Positions 26,293-38,300 of a stretch of 64,000 bases of DNA are shown here, piece after piece. The notes beneath the pieces were generated by a model that saw nothing but the letters and a program-made list of their open reading frames with translations, did not search any database and was not told the DNA's origin. Both the position numbers and the translations under genes were made by a program. Origin of the DNA: Takakia lepidozioides (Eukaryota; Plantae; Bryophyta); the NCBI GenBank assembly GCA_030704615.1, contig CM060732.1, positions 27,900,001-27,964,000 of the forward strand, given 5' to 3'. Position 1 is the first letter of the stretch; each line of letters starts with the position of its first letter.

Positions 26293-27640
26293 GTGCCGCA
26301 ATTCCGTTGCTCCACGTGTTCAAATTTGGAGTTGGAGTGAAAATGCGAATGCGGCGCCGCATTTCCGTTAAGTACCATCACAAAGCTACACATCCGTGCT
26401 TGTTGGAAGAAAATGTGGCACCGCATTTCCGTTCCACCTTCACATACCTTAGTTGTTGAACGGAAATACGGTGCCGCATTTCCGTCCCACAGCTCCATGT
26501 ATGACATACAAAAGGGAAATGCGGCGCCGCATTTCCCTTCAGGAATGTCGAAACGTGCGATCCGGACGGAAATGCGGCACAACATTTCAGTTCCCGTGGT
26601 TCATGATTTTCAATCTGAAAGGAAATGCGGTACCGCATTTCCGTTCCCCCTTCACATACCTTAGTTGATGAACGGAAATGCGGTGCCACATTTCTGTTCG
26701 GGAAAGTATAGAGGTCTCAGCTGAACGGAAATGCGGTGCCGTATTTCCGGTCTGGAAAGTTTGAAGGGCTCACATGGATGGGAATGCGGCACCACATTTC
26801 CGTCCCACAGCTCCAGGCCTCATATACAAAACGGAAATGCGGCGCCGCATTTCCGTTCTAGAATGTCAGAAGTTGCGACGCATTTCTGTTCCCGCTGTTG
26901 ACAATTTTCAGTCAGAACGAAAATGCGGTACTGCATTTCCGTTCTGTAGAGTATTAAGGTCTGACCCTGGCGGAAATGCGGTGCCGCATTTTCGTTCCAA
27001 AGCTCTATGCCTCACATACAAAACGGAAATGTGGCGCCGCATTTCCGTTTTGGAATGTCGGAAGGTGCGACTCCGACGGAAATGCTGTACCGCATTTCAG
27101 TTCCGATGTTTCACGATTTTTCATAAGAACGGAAATGCGGTGCCGCATTTCCGTTCTAGCTTGTGAGGGAGGTGCGACTCGGATGGAAATGCGCTGCCGC
27201 ATTACAGTTCCGATGGTTCACGATTTACAGTCAGAACGGAAATGCGGTACCGCATTTCCGTTCTGGATAGTATGAATGTCTGAAGCGGTCGGAATTGCGC
27301 TGTCTCAAGCGATCGGAATTGCACTCGGCTCCATGCATCAGATACAAAACGGAAATGCGGCGCCGCATTTCCGTTCTGGAATGTCGGAAAGTGCCACTCG
27401 GACGAAAATGCGGTGCCGCATTTCTGTTCCCGTTGTTCATAATTCTCAATCAGAACGGAAATGCGGTACCGCATTTCCGTTCTGGAGAGTGTAAAGGTTT
27501 TCCCCGGACGGAAACTCGGTGCCGCATTTCCGTCGCTCTGGTGCATGACCAAGATGCAATACGGAAATGCGGCGCCGTATTTCCGTCCAGCAGCAATCGA
27601 AAGAATCACTCCGGACGGAAATCTGAAACCTCATTTCCGC
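26293..27640. repeat. Array of ~25 palindromes CGGAAATGCGG(T/C)(G/A)CCGCATTTCCG at 53-bp period with ~29-bp spacers
   Basis: Unit starts 26408, 26461, 26514, 26567, 26620, 26673, 26726, 26779, 26832, (deletion) 26918, 26971, 27024, 27077, 27130, 27184, 27237, 27290 (partial), 27350, 27403, 27456, 27509, 27562, 27616. Spacers recur in ~5 classes. Confidence 0.95.
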
Positions 27641-27863
27641 ATGCTGAACCTGAATAGGTTGCATTGTTCCGAAACAACAGAATTGCGGCCAGTCCTGATG
27701 AGCACAACTAGGTTGTCTAACTGTTTTAACTAACAGTCCTGGCACTTGTCAATGCGAACGCTCCTGTCTGTACCGAGAATACTGCTGGATCCACCCTCAG
27801 GAGAAACTGTCAGGAGATGTTATTTCGTCGCCGATTCGGCCATCATTGTCTAACTTACTGGCT

Positions 27864-30414
27864 ATGGAATCACACCTCCCACCTTCATGCATGTAGCTTG
27901 AAACTATACTTTTCACTTCAATGTGCGACTTCCAATCGTCGATGGACTCTGCATGGTGCCTGTGAGCCTTCGTCTGTCGCATACTGAACCTCGCACTTGC
28001 CAACTTCGTGCGGTCTTCCATGGCTCCGAATTCCTACGCTATAGTTTGCTGTCCTCCGCAACTTGGGAGAGCCTGGATCCCAAAAGAGGGAGGACTTTGC
28101 AAAGTGACCGAAACTTACCTTTGTTCTAAATTCAAGCTCAAACCGGGCACAGTTTATTTGGAAGAAGAAAGGAAGGATGTTCCTGGACAGGTTGACGAGA
28201 CCATTGTCGTGCTAGGTAACGACGGAGGTTGCGGAATCAAATGGCACGTACCCCCATCAGACACCATCCTGTACCGAGCTGTGGGAATGCCCATTCCCTT
28301 TCCGAATCAGTCGCTGCCCACACCATCCACAAAGGAGTCCGGAAACCGACAGGCGGCCACTGCCAATAGAGAGGTATGCAACGATAATCATTCCCGACTT
28401 GGACCGTCAAGACCCTCCATAGCTTCTCGTGTGGACGTATTCGACATTTCCGACGATGAAGATGAGTGCATTGAGGTCCCCATGTCCTCCACACGGTCGT
28501 TCAAATCCGACATGGACGTATCTGCAGGTGCTACGCATGTACTCTCGAGCATAACTCCAACCCGGTCCATTGTGCAGCTCCTACGGCAACATCACCTCAA
28601 TGGTTCTCGCTCCGAGCTGGCTGCTCTCGACTATGCCAAATTTCCGGTCAGGAAGGTAACGTATCTGCCTCCCGAAGTCGATGGCAATGTCATCTTCGAG
28701 TTTCCACCTGTCACTTCCTCAAACAAAGCCTCAGGGATGTTAACAGACATGGATCGAAAGCATGACGGACACCCCTAGTGTGTGACGAAGACCAGTAGCA
28801 CGAAAATTGCTGATGGTGTTCGTGTACGATACGTCCTCTGTGCGGGGAAGCTGAGGTGCCTGAATCCCGCCTGCTTCCACTTTCTTTCCAAAGGAGGGCA
28901 GAGAAACGAGACGGATTGGACTGGCACAACGCATCATCCATTCATTGTCTCCAGCCAAGAACTTGCGGGTACTTTCAAGTGCGCACATTGCAAAGAACCA
29001 CCGACGTGCATGTCCATGTGCAGAGCCAAGCAATATTACGTTATCCATTTGCTCCCGGACTTGACTAGAGCTTGCATACACGTTGGGGTCCACTGCCACC
29101 CCTTGGCGAGAGGCAACATGTGTGAGGCTGTGCAGGAAGCACATGACATCATAAAAGAGGAGGTGAAATTGAGCCCCGGAGCCAGACCAAAGCAGATTCA
29201 GCTGAAGGCAGCCCACAAGATTGCTCTTGGCAAAATCATGTCTGAAGATGGTTCAGACCGAGTGCCCTTGAACGAAGAGGAGATGCTTGACCTGTTGGAG
29301 TCCGTCTCGCACGTTTGTAGTCCGAATGTGCGGAATCACATCGTATCTTGCAAGTAGGAGTTCGGCCGGGGGTCGGACATGCACTCAATCCTGGAGGTGA
29401 AACGAATGACTGGATATGACTACATCCAAGGTAGCAGGTTTCCAGGGCAAGGCAGCGAATCCGATCGTTGTTACATTTTTAAAATGTCGACGTGTGGGCC
29501 TGGGAGTGGAGTCGACTTGGTCACTCGCATGACAACTGGAAACCTGTCGAATGCTTGGGTGATGTTTGATCACATCAAGCAAATTACAAACCATCAGTGG
29601 GTGACTATGGGTGTGCATGTTTATGACTATCACTCCAAGAGGCTCATGACGATTGCAATCTGCGAGATGAAAGGGGAGGACACACAGTCGGAGATGCATC
29701 TGTGGGAGGGCATAAACGAGCAGATGGCAAGGGCGGGATTGCCAAAGCCCAATTTCAGGGGATTCATGGCAGACAACGCTCAGGCCAACTGGGCAGCGGT
29801 GCGGCGTGTGTACGGTGAGGACCCCAATGTGCCAATGGAGGGGAAAGAGAGATCCTGTGGATTCCATTGGATGCAGAGTCTATCCCACTACACTACCAAA
29901 TTTGTTGCTAGCTCATTCCAGGCTGAACACCGTGTCCTTTGTACGGCGTGGAAGGATGCACCCACATTTGATGACGCGGAGGTTAAGTTTGCTATCATCG
30001 AGGCTTGGTGGAACACGTCAGGTGCAGTGGAGACAACCAATCTGGGAGCCTTGCACAACTGGTTGGGGTGGTGGCATTTCCGGTATCGACAGTTCGGACA
30101 GTACATGTGGGAGGTATGATGCTGTCATTTTCGTGCAATTGTCTTTCTGTTACGGACCTTTCCATTGGTTCCTCACCATTGTCTGTGTCCTTGTAGGAGC
30201 GGTGCTTGGATTCCGACACGGACATGCCAAACACGAATATGGCAGAATCAGTGCACTCCTCCTGGCGAGCGTCTTCTGCCGCACATCTGGTGGACGTAGT
30301 GACGGCCACAACGGAGGACATCGCACCAACAATTCCTCCCTGTCCGGCCCAAAGCCCCATTGTTTCCCGCTCAGGAACTTGTAGTACGTGGCTTGCTGCA
30401 TGATTGCTCTCTGC
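27864..30414 (+). pseudogene. Mutator-like GCM-type transposase copy 2 (divergent subfamily), disrupted and 3'-truncated
   Basis: ORFs 28008-28778, 28782-29357 and 29379-30119 are in one frame, separated by TAG stops. Motifs MDRKHDGHP*C, CAGKLRCLNPAC, GVHCHP, WVMFDH, FMADNAQAN, CGFHWMQ. Intron 30114-30196, then NMAESVHSSW. Confidence 0.85.
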
Positions 30415-31088
30415 AAATAGTGAATGGCGGTAACGACCATCATTCTGTCTCAAAGAAACTCACAATGAATGGCGTGAAACAATTCAGCACAATCTACAAA
30501 CGCAAAGCTGATACTGCCGTATTCAAAACAAAAGCGAGAGCGATAGCGAACGGCGTTAACAACAATCACAAAAGATAACGACCTGCCGGATCGGTGTTGT
30601 GTAATGACATCTATGTGCAACTGATTGGTGGCAACGACATTCAGTATAGTTTAGGGCGGACAGTAAGTGCAGATTATTCAGATTGACTCCACTGTGATTA
30701 CCGTCGCCAGCATGGGAAGAGGAAGGACTGCTTGAAAGGCAATCAGACAGACTGTATGGTCTAAACAACGATGATTGACGGTATGCCGACCCTCACTCTC
30801 TCTTCAAACACATAGGTACATAAATCTCATGAGGAGAATCGAATGGCGTTAACGACGCTCGCAATTCAGTAGTTCCTCCTTGAAAGGCAATTAGACAGAC
30901 TGTATGATCTGAACAACAGTGAATGACTGTACCGATAGTCACCCACTCATTGTGCGGTAAACCCTTCGCAGAGGAGTAGAAAGCAAATCACCTTTGTGAT
31001 GGTCGGTAGCGACAATCCCTGTCTGGGACATTCCACTCAATCTCTACGCATATCTTCAACAATGAAATGTAAGTTAGATAAAACTTAC

Positions 31089-31385
31089 TGGCGCCTTCTT
31101 AGGTCTTGAAATTTGATCCCCTTCTGCAGCTTTCCTCTTCCCTCTCACATCTGCTGGAATTTCTGTTTGCTCTAGGGTTTCTGGAGCTTCTCCCGGTTTG
31201 GCGTTCCGTATGCTTCCACCTCCTTCAGTGTCCCTGCGAATCATCTCTGCCTCCACAGGCTGGCGCACTCTTATCGCCGACTGTGTCACAGCCGCTGCCT
31301 CAGTCTCTGTCTGCTCTTCTGAATCAGTCTCCGCGTTCACCTGCTGCCTTGGCCCTGTGTTCTCCAACAAACGACGCCTAGTCAT
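31089..31385 (-). CDS. First exon of an unknown gene divergent from transposase copy 3 (charged, NLS-like)
   Basis: ATG at 31385, 99 codons MTRRRLLENTGP...RGKRKAAEGDQISRPKKAP, ending at a canonical CCA|GTAAGT donor. Downstream exons not found. Confidence 0.45.
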
Positions 31386-31774
31386 TTGCTCTCTTGCTCT
31401 GCGTCTCTCTCTAAGGGAAGTAAAATAAAGAGACTTTCTTCTCTTTCGTATTGTAGAAGGAACCCTCTCCAGCTTGACTACCACTCTCCCTCTAAGCGCG
31501 AAAAGTAGAAAAACGCAGTGACTCCCGATTTCTTGCGGGATTGCCTGCGTTCTTGCGTGTCTCTAGAAGCATCGGATTCCCTCTCGCGTGACCGTTACAC
31601 ATAGTCGTTCCCTTATTAGTGCACATGCCAGCAATTGGTGTACAGCTGTTCGTATTCAGTTATGGATGTCTGACGTGTGTCGCCCAAAATAAACGGCGTG
31701 TTCTTTATTAGAACGGTTTCAATATTTAAAAATAACAGCGAGTCCCAGAAATCTTGGCGCACAGTCTTACACAA

Positions 31775-32250
31775 ACTGTTAACGGACAGAAGTCCAACTT
31801 CTTTGACATAGACCAAGGTGTAGCTCAAGGATGTACTCTCTCCCCTCTGCTCTTCAATGTTTTCATCAATCAACTCGTCGAGGATGTGGAAAGTGAGGGA
31901 TTTGGGTTAAGGGTGGGTGATACCACCATACCAGCCCTTATGTTTGCGGATGACTTCGCAGGCATAGGGGAGACTCCAACCAATCTCCAGGAGTTGATTG
32001 ATTGCGCGAAGAGATACTTTGATCTTTGGGGGCTAGAGGCTAATGTCAGCAAATGTGCAGTGGTAGCATTCAGCGACAGAGGAGAGGGAGGAAGTGATCT
32101 TAAGTGGCAGTGGGGTAGCCAAGAGATCCCGGTCCTCCCTTCCTACACTTACCTGGGCGTTGAGTTTTCCTCCAATTGTAATTGGGATGCACATATCCGG
32201 AAAGTTGTTCAAACTGGCAAGGGCAAAGCTCTGGGGCTCACTAATTTTTC
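31775..32250 (+). mobile_element. Internal fragment of the RTE/RTEX-like LINE RT
   Basis: Near-identical to the reverse complement of ~7925-8400 (GVAQGCTLSPLLF, FADD, YTYLG); lacks both element ends. Confidence 0.9.
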
Positions 32251-32713
32251 ATGTAAATGAACGAGAGTTTGATGACAAATCTTGGAATATCATACACGGT
32301 CATCCTTGTTAGCCAAACCCCACATTCGTTTCACATTTGGAACTTTCCAGGTGCGCATGATCATTGATAGTAGTATAAAGATACATTTACTTAATCTGCA
32401 ATCCCATCCTCAGATCCTGTGGCATGCTTCCAGGAAGTCGGCTTTGTTATTGGGTTTATTGATGAGGTTCTGGTTAACGGTTTAACAGCTGCCGACACTG
32501 CTCCTAGGGATACTCTGACCACTGGGCCCACAAGAAAAGTAATTAAAATGGACGGCTGCATATCTGGAAAGAATAACATAATATGCACAGTCGTTCTCTG
32601 AGCTTCCTCCGCCATATTCTCTGCTCATTCTTCAACTGTGTTTTGGAGACATCAGTAAACCGATTTACACTAGATCTGCGATAGCAAGGTACAAACGTAC
32701 GCGAGGAAGGAAG

Positions 32714-35700
32714 ATGGCTTCCTCTGAAGCGGAGTTCTTCTCTAACGACAAACCAGTGCCGTTCTCCCAGGAAGTCCTTGACAATGGATTTGCAATTGTT
32801 CTGGAACATGTCTTGGCTACCCGTTTTCAGCTGCAGAATGGCTCCATCTTTTTGGAGAAAGAGGTGTACGATCTTAAAGGGAAGTTGTTGAAATACTCTT
32901 TCCAAAACCGTGATGAGACGGCTCATATCAGCCAGTGGAGAGTGCGTCCTGGTCGATACAGAGTACTTGGAGAGCCTCGGCGAAAGTCCCTTGGGTCATA
33001 TGTGACGCCCGAGACTGCTGCTTCGGTCGTTGAAAACAAGAGGGAGGTGGTGGTGAAAAAAGAACAGACGTCCTCCACTCCAATCGTTGAGCTTTCGGAT
33101 TCTTCCGATGATGACATAAGTGAAATTCCAAATCCAGTCCTTCCTACTGTGGTTGGAGAAGCTGATGAAGAAGAGATTTGTAGTGTCATTCCAAAATTGC
33201 GGGCGATGGGAGGAATGGCTGGATTCAAAAGTGAGTTGCCGGGAATTGATTGGGAATCTTTGAAGCAGGTGCCTGTGAAGTTCTTGCCGGAGACTTTTGA
33301 TGGCGATATCCTATTCGAGCTGCCTCCTCCTCCGCGAGTTGGAGGTGTAACAATCATGATGCATGGAATGGACAAGAAACACGACGGGCACCCGTGGTGC
33401 AGAACAAAAACATCAAATATTCAGAATGATGACAAGCTTGTTTTCAGGAGGACAGCTTGCAATGGACACCTTAGGTGTGATAATTTGAATTGCAGACACT
33501 TTCTTCAGTCTGGGGTTCATAATCAAAGCGAATGGGAGGGTCTGGCGGAAAATCCATTTCAGCCTGGGACTGCCCTTCCACTGGCAAACACTTTCGTCTG
33601 CAAATTCTGCAAACTTGTGCCATCCTGCTTGGCGCTCTGCGGAGCAAGAATGTACTATGTTGTCCACCGTTTGAAAATAATGACAAGAGCTTGTGTGCAT
33701 TTCGGATTCCATAACCATCCTGTCTCGAAGGGGGATTACAGGGAGAGTGTTGAGACAGTATCGAGGTTGATTAAACAGGAGTTTGGGAGAAACCCATCCG
33801 CAACAACATCTGCAATTGCTCTTGGCGCAAGCAAGTCCTTCTTGGAAAGCCATATTTTGAGTGAAGGGGATTCTGTGGGGACTAAACTTGACGGTGCAGC
33901 ATTGGACCTGGTCATGGATCATTTCTCCACTTTAAGTTCACCGAACATTCGGCATCAGATCAATGCATTGAGAATGGGCTCTGGGATCAGAGGCTACATA
34001 GACAATATTTTGGAATTGAAACGAGTGAGCAAGTACGATTACATCCAGGACAATGTATTCCCAGGTCAAGGTGCCATCAAAGTTTTTCTTTTCAAAATGT
34101 CGACTGTTGGGGAGGGCAGTGGGGTTAGCCTTGTGAAGCGGATGTAGAAGACTGGGGACTTGCAGAACTGTTTTCTTATGTTTGATCATGTGAAACAAGT
34201 GAAGGATTGGACAACAATGGCTTGTCATGTCTACGATCCAGTGTACCAACGAGTTATGACAATTGCAGTTTGTGACATGCAATCCGAGGATACGGAATCC
34301 CATAAGCTCATGTGGAATTCCCTGATACGTGTCATGGGCTGCCATGGGTTGCCATCTCCAAATTTTGCAGGTTTCATGGCGGATAGTGCTCAAGCAAATT
34401 TCAATGCTGTTCGTATTGTCTTCGGATCGGGCGACCCAAAAGTGCCAATGCGAGGAAGAGAGAGTACATGTCTATTCCATTGGACACAATCTCTGGAAAA
34501 ACATACAAAGTCGGACATCAAACCAGAGATGCAGACTCAGCACCGTAAATTGTGCAAAGAATACAAAGATGCTAGAACAATGAAGGAGGCGGACACTTTG
34601 TTCCAGACAATTCGTGCCTGGTGGTTCTCTTCTGGAGCTGCATCACTTGAGAGTATGAGAGCATTGGAAGATTGGCTGGCGTTTTGGCACTTCCGGTATA
34701 GACAGTGGGGAGCAGCCATGCCATTGGTACGAGGCTTATATTGATTGTTTTTTCATACATTTGCTTTCCATTTTATTGTGTCCTCGCTTTCTTTATGTTG
34801 TTTTCTGTTCACTGTTTTGAAGTGTGGTTCTGCACTTTGCAGAACATGTCCATTGAGGAAATGGCGGACATGCCATCTTGCAATTTGGCAGAAACTGTGC
34901 ACAATGCATGGTTGCAGCAGTCTGGGAAACGAGGTCGGGATTTGTATGTGGCAACAACAGATGATTTGATACGTGCCTTGCAACAACAAACCCGATACCG
35001 TGATTTCTTATGAGGTGGGGTTGGTGGCAAGGGTCCGGACAAATGGGAGTTGATGTTGCGTGCTGCAAACAGATCTGGGGATCCAATCAAGATAGCACGG
35101 GCGGTGAGCATGTATGCCTAGGGAACGCCACTTGTTTCTAGAGTTCCACATCTTGAAGGGGAGGAGAGATTCGGCTCCTGTAAGAGGAAATTGAACACTC
35201 CACCTGATTCAGATTCAGATTCCCACAGGGCAGACCGTGATAACTTCTCGAAGCCTCGTGTTCCCCTGCATGACAGCTCCATGTCCGGAACCTCCATTGT
35301 GGAGGAACCTCCAACACGACGGCAAGCTCCAGCATCAAACAGTGCCACTGAAATGGTGTAGGAGAGAAACAACCCCCTTGATGTGCTTGAGTCCGCATGC
35401 CCCGACCACGTTTGGCACATAGAACGCACAAGTGTAGGGTCTCGTGTGAAATGTACAGCGATCAGGGCAACTAATTTCGAGAAGTGCACTTCATCTATAT
35501 CCAGAGGTGGTGCCCGAACTCCTGCTCCGACTTTCACGGGCTTGATGCGTCCATACGGTCAACCAGAAGCCAAGAACCACAAGTTCTGGTTCTGCGCAGA
35601 TGATTGTGCCAGATGTGTGCATGGAACTGTGCGTCCTTCCGTAGTGATGAAGCCATCTCCTCCAACCGTTTGGCCCGTGAAGGTGGGAACACATCTCAGC

Positions 35701-36228
35701 TTTCGGGAGATTGAAATGCTAGAGGAGGCAGGTTTTTCCCTTGCGAGACAACCCCAACTCCATGCATGTACTACTACTTCTGCGTCCTCCCGAGTCCCCC
35801 CGACAAATCCTGACTTGTGGCCAACCAAACGAGATGGAAAGCTCGTTCGGCGTTTCCCTCCAACCGCTGAACACTTTGGCAAAGTGGAGTCCGCAAGAAT
35901 GCTCCAAGCTCGTGTTGGAAGCACCACGGAAGTACCCGATCCAGGATATGGTCGGGTATTCACAATCATCACTTCCACATCTGTTGTTCATGACAGGACC
36001 TACGACATCACGGTTTCCAATTTCCCCAATTGCACATGTCCTGATTTTGTGAATATGCTATCAACCAGTTTGGGCAAGAGAGGTAAATTCATACCCTGCA
36101 AACATTTGTATTTCATATTTTTGAAGAGGATGGTTTGCGATCCCAAACGTGACAACTTCATTCACCAGGCCACTATGAGTTTCAACGAGGTCGATACTCT
36201 TTTGCAGCGGGATACAACACATGGGTAG
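32714..36228 (+). pseudogene. Mutator-like GCM-DDE-SWIM transposase copy 3, full length but with in-frame stops
   Basis: ATG 32714; same domain order as copy 1; intron 34727-34842; stops at 34145, 35011, 35118 and ~35358. Confidence 0.88.
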
Positions 36229-36634
36229 CATCAACTATGCAATGTGGTATGTGGACGACCATGATTTGAAATGTGTAATTCACATCAATTCGTCGGCGGT
36301 GCAATGATATGGCCTCCAACTATACGGAGTGAGCTCTGAGTGACAACTTTTAGGTAGTGCACATTTGTCATTGCACCGTTCGAATTCTACATGTCTTGCT
36401 ATCGCTATGCACTACAATCATCTTTTGAAGATGATCCTAACTCTCATTGTTATTTGAGGAGGGAGGAAGGTCTTCCCGTGGCAGCCTTTATGGCGCACAC
36501 TTTGTGAGGATATTTTTTCGTCCTCGTAATTGTAAAAGTGAAACAAGCATTTGTAATTGCACAATGTTGGATGCTGCAATTGTAGGCCTCAACGCTCGTC
36601 TTGATTCTATTTAGGCAAGATTCCCTGCATTAAT

Positions 36635-36860
36635 TCCACGGTCATAGGACCATCCACGGTTATAGGCGGCGCATGTTAATGCTGACGTGGCAGATGACGG
36701 ACAGTGCCACGTCATCATTTACCGCCACATCAGCATGCTGACATGATGCTCATGCCACGTCAACGTGTGTGCAGGCTCACGCCACGTCAGCTGGCGTGAG
36801 CGTACGCTCGCGCGCTCACGCGCAACGCTCACGCGCAACGCTCACGCCATTGCGTCGTTG
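36635..36860 (+). mobile_element. Right terminus of Mutator-like element 3
   Basis: Two CCACGGTYATAGG, GCCACGTCA repeats, GCGTGAGCGTACGCTC, three GCTCACGC; ends in GCGTCGTTG like element 1. Confidence 0.7.
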
Positions 36861-37035
36861 ACTGGATGGCAGGGGACTGGCCAGCGGACTGGCGGACTGG
36901 CAGACTGCTGGGCAGCGGACTGGCCAGCACTGGACTGGCGGGCAGACTGGCGGACTGGCAGACTGCTGGGCAGCCGACTGGCCAGCACCGGACTGGCAGA
37001 CTGGAGGGCAGCGGACTCATGGGCGGGGGACTGGC
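36861..37035. repeat. GC-rich minisatellite of GGCRGACT(G) units
   Basis: Repeated GGACTGGC/GACTGCTGGGCAGC with ~59-bp higher-order copies, followed by a very GC-rich tract to ~37180. Confidence 0.75.
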
Positions 37036-37544
37036 CGCGCGGCGGACGGGGGCGCAGGGGCGCAGTTGCTGCAGCCGCGCCCGCGGCTGGGCGACCGCGC
37101 GCAGCGGCAGGCGGGGCGGGCGGGATGCTGGGGAGCCGGGCGTCCGTGCGCGGGGCCCACGGGCCACATCGCACGTGCCCATTGAAGACCCTATTATCTT
37201 AAAATGAGAGGCCTTCTCAAGGGCCTGAATTGTTCCCAGGTTTTTTTTTTCAAAAAGAAAAAGAAAAAGAAAAGACAAAAGAAGCTGCCAGGCTCGTGTT
37301 TCATTGGAAAAAGCAAAGAGGGTATATATATTTTTTCTTGCACATCGGCTGTTAGCGTGTCGCCCTGGTGGTTTGGGGTTCAAACCTGCTGCCCTGCCCC
37401 GTGTGTGCATGCGATTGTTTGTGGATGGTATGTCTGGGCGTTGATCCTCCTGTAGGTCTGATGGCCCATAAATGAAAGGGGGTTAATTTTTCCCCCTCCT
37501 CAAGGGCCTGAATTGTGGGCTGTCGCTGGCAGGTTTCCTTTATA

Positions 37545-38300
37545 TATATATATTTGGTTAACAGGGGGATTGAATCCTTGATTACTTTATTATAAATTAT
37601 TGAAGGGAAAAAAAAAGACCGTGCCTCTAGTGATAGACACTTACACACAGAGATCAGTGTTCCAAGAGCCAAACACCTCCGATTGGAAGGAAAGTCCAAG
37701 AGACCAAAAAACAGGGCTCTCTGCCCAACAACGCTTACCCTACTGGCTGTTTTACGATTGCTAGACTGTCTACGATGACGCAGGGAAGATGGATGTTGGA
37801 AGAGAGTAATAAGGCCTTTGACTATGGAATAGGAGAGAGAACGATCTATCTATAGTGCAGCTTGGAAGCAGTCGATGAAGGCTTTTGATGCTTCCAGTTA
37901 ATGTCCCGTTCAAACTCCGGGGAAAGAGTGGAGTGGTGCTCGGAGATCTCGCCAAGCCTGAGGGGGAGCTCGTTCCAGCTGCAATGGTCTTGCACAGGGC
38001 TGCTGCATATGAGGCCCTGTCTGCCCCAGGTGTGTTAAAACTTCTTGTGGATCGCTGCTGCATTCGTGGCGTCACGTTCAATGTCTGCACAGAGTTTGCC
38101 CCAGACTTTCCTAGCCTCAGTTTGCAGATCCCAAAAAACAGTGGCAAGGAGAGATGATATTGTTGTTGTGTGGCCCTGGAAAGTATTCTTACAACGCAGT
38201 TTCCATGAGTGCCACATTGCAGAGGCCCTGAGGGATTCAAACACTGGGCAGTTTAGGGCCCTATTCTTGGAAAGTGGATCATAGTTTAGAAGGAGGTCTT
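37545..38300 (-). mobile_element. Degenerate L1-type LINE 3' end
   Basis: FESLRASAMWHSWKLRCKNTFQG matches the W..W..RN..F motif of plant L1 ORF2 C-termini; 3' motif TTTTTTCCCTTCAATAATTTATAATAAAGT then (TA)n. Confidence 0.65.

Noticed and set aside
26293-27640. CRISPR array
   Set aside because: Spacers recur in ordered classes rather than being unique, no cas genes are present, and the context is a eukaryotic transposon.
26274-27745. Many overlapping ORFs with GNAAPHFR/TEMRRRIS/RKCGAAFP repeats
   Set aside because: Translation artefacts of the palindromic 53-bp repeat on both strands; the period is not a multiple of 3.
36765-37410. Ala/Gly/Arg-rich ORFs
   Set aside because: Products of a GC-rich minisatellite and the element terminus.
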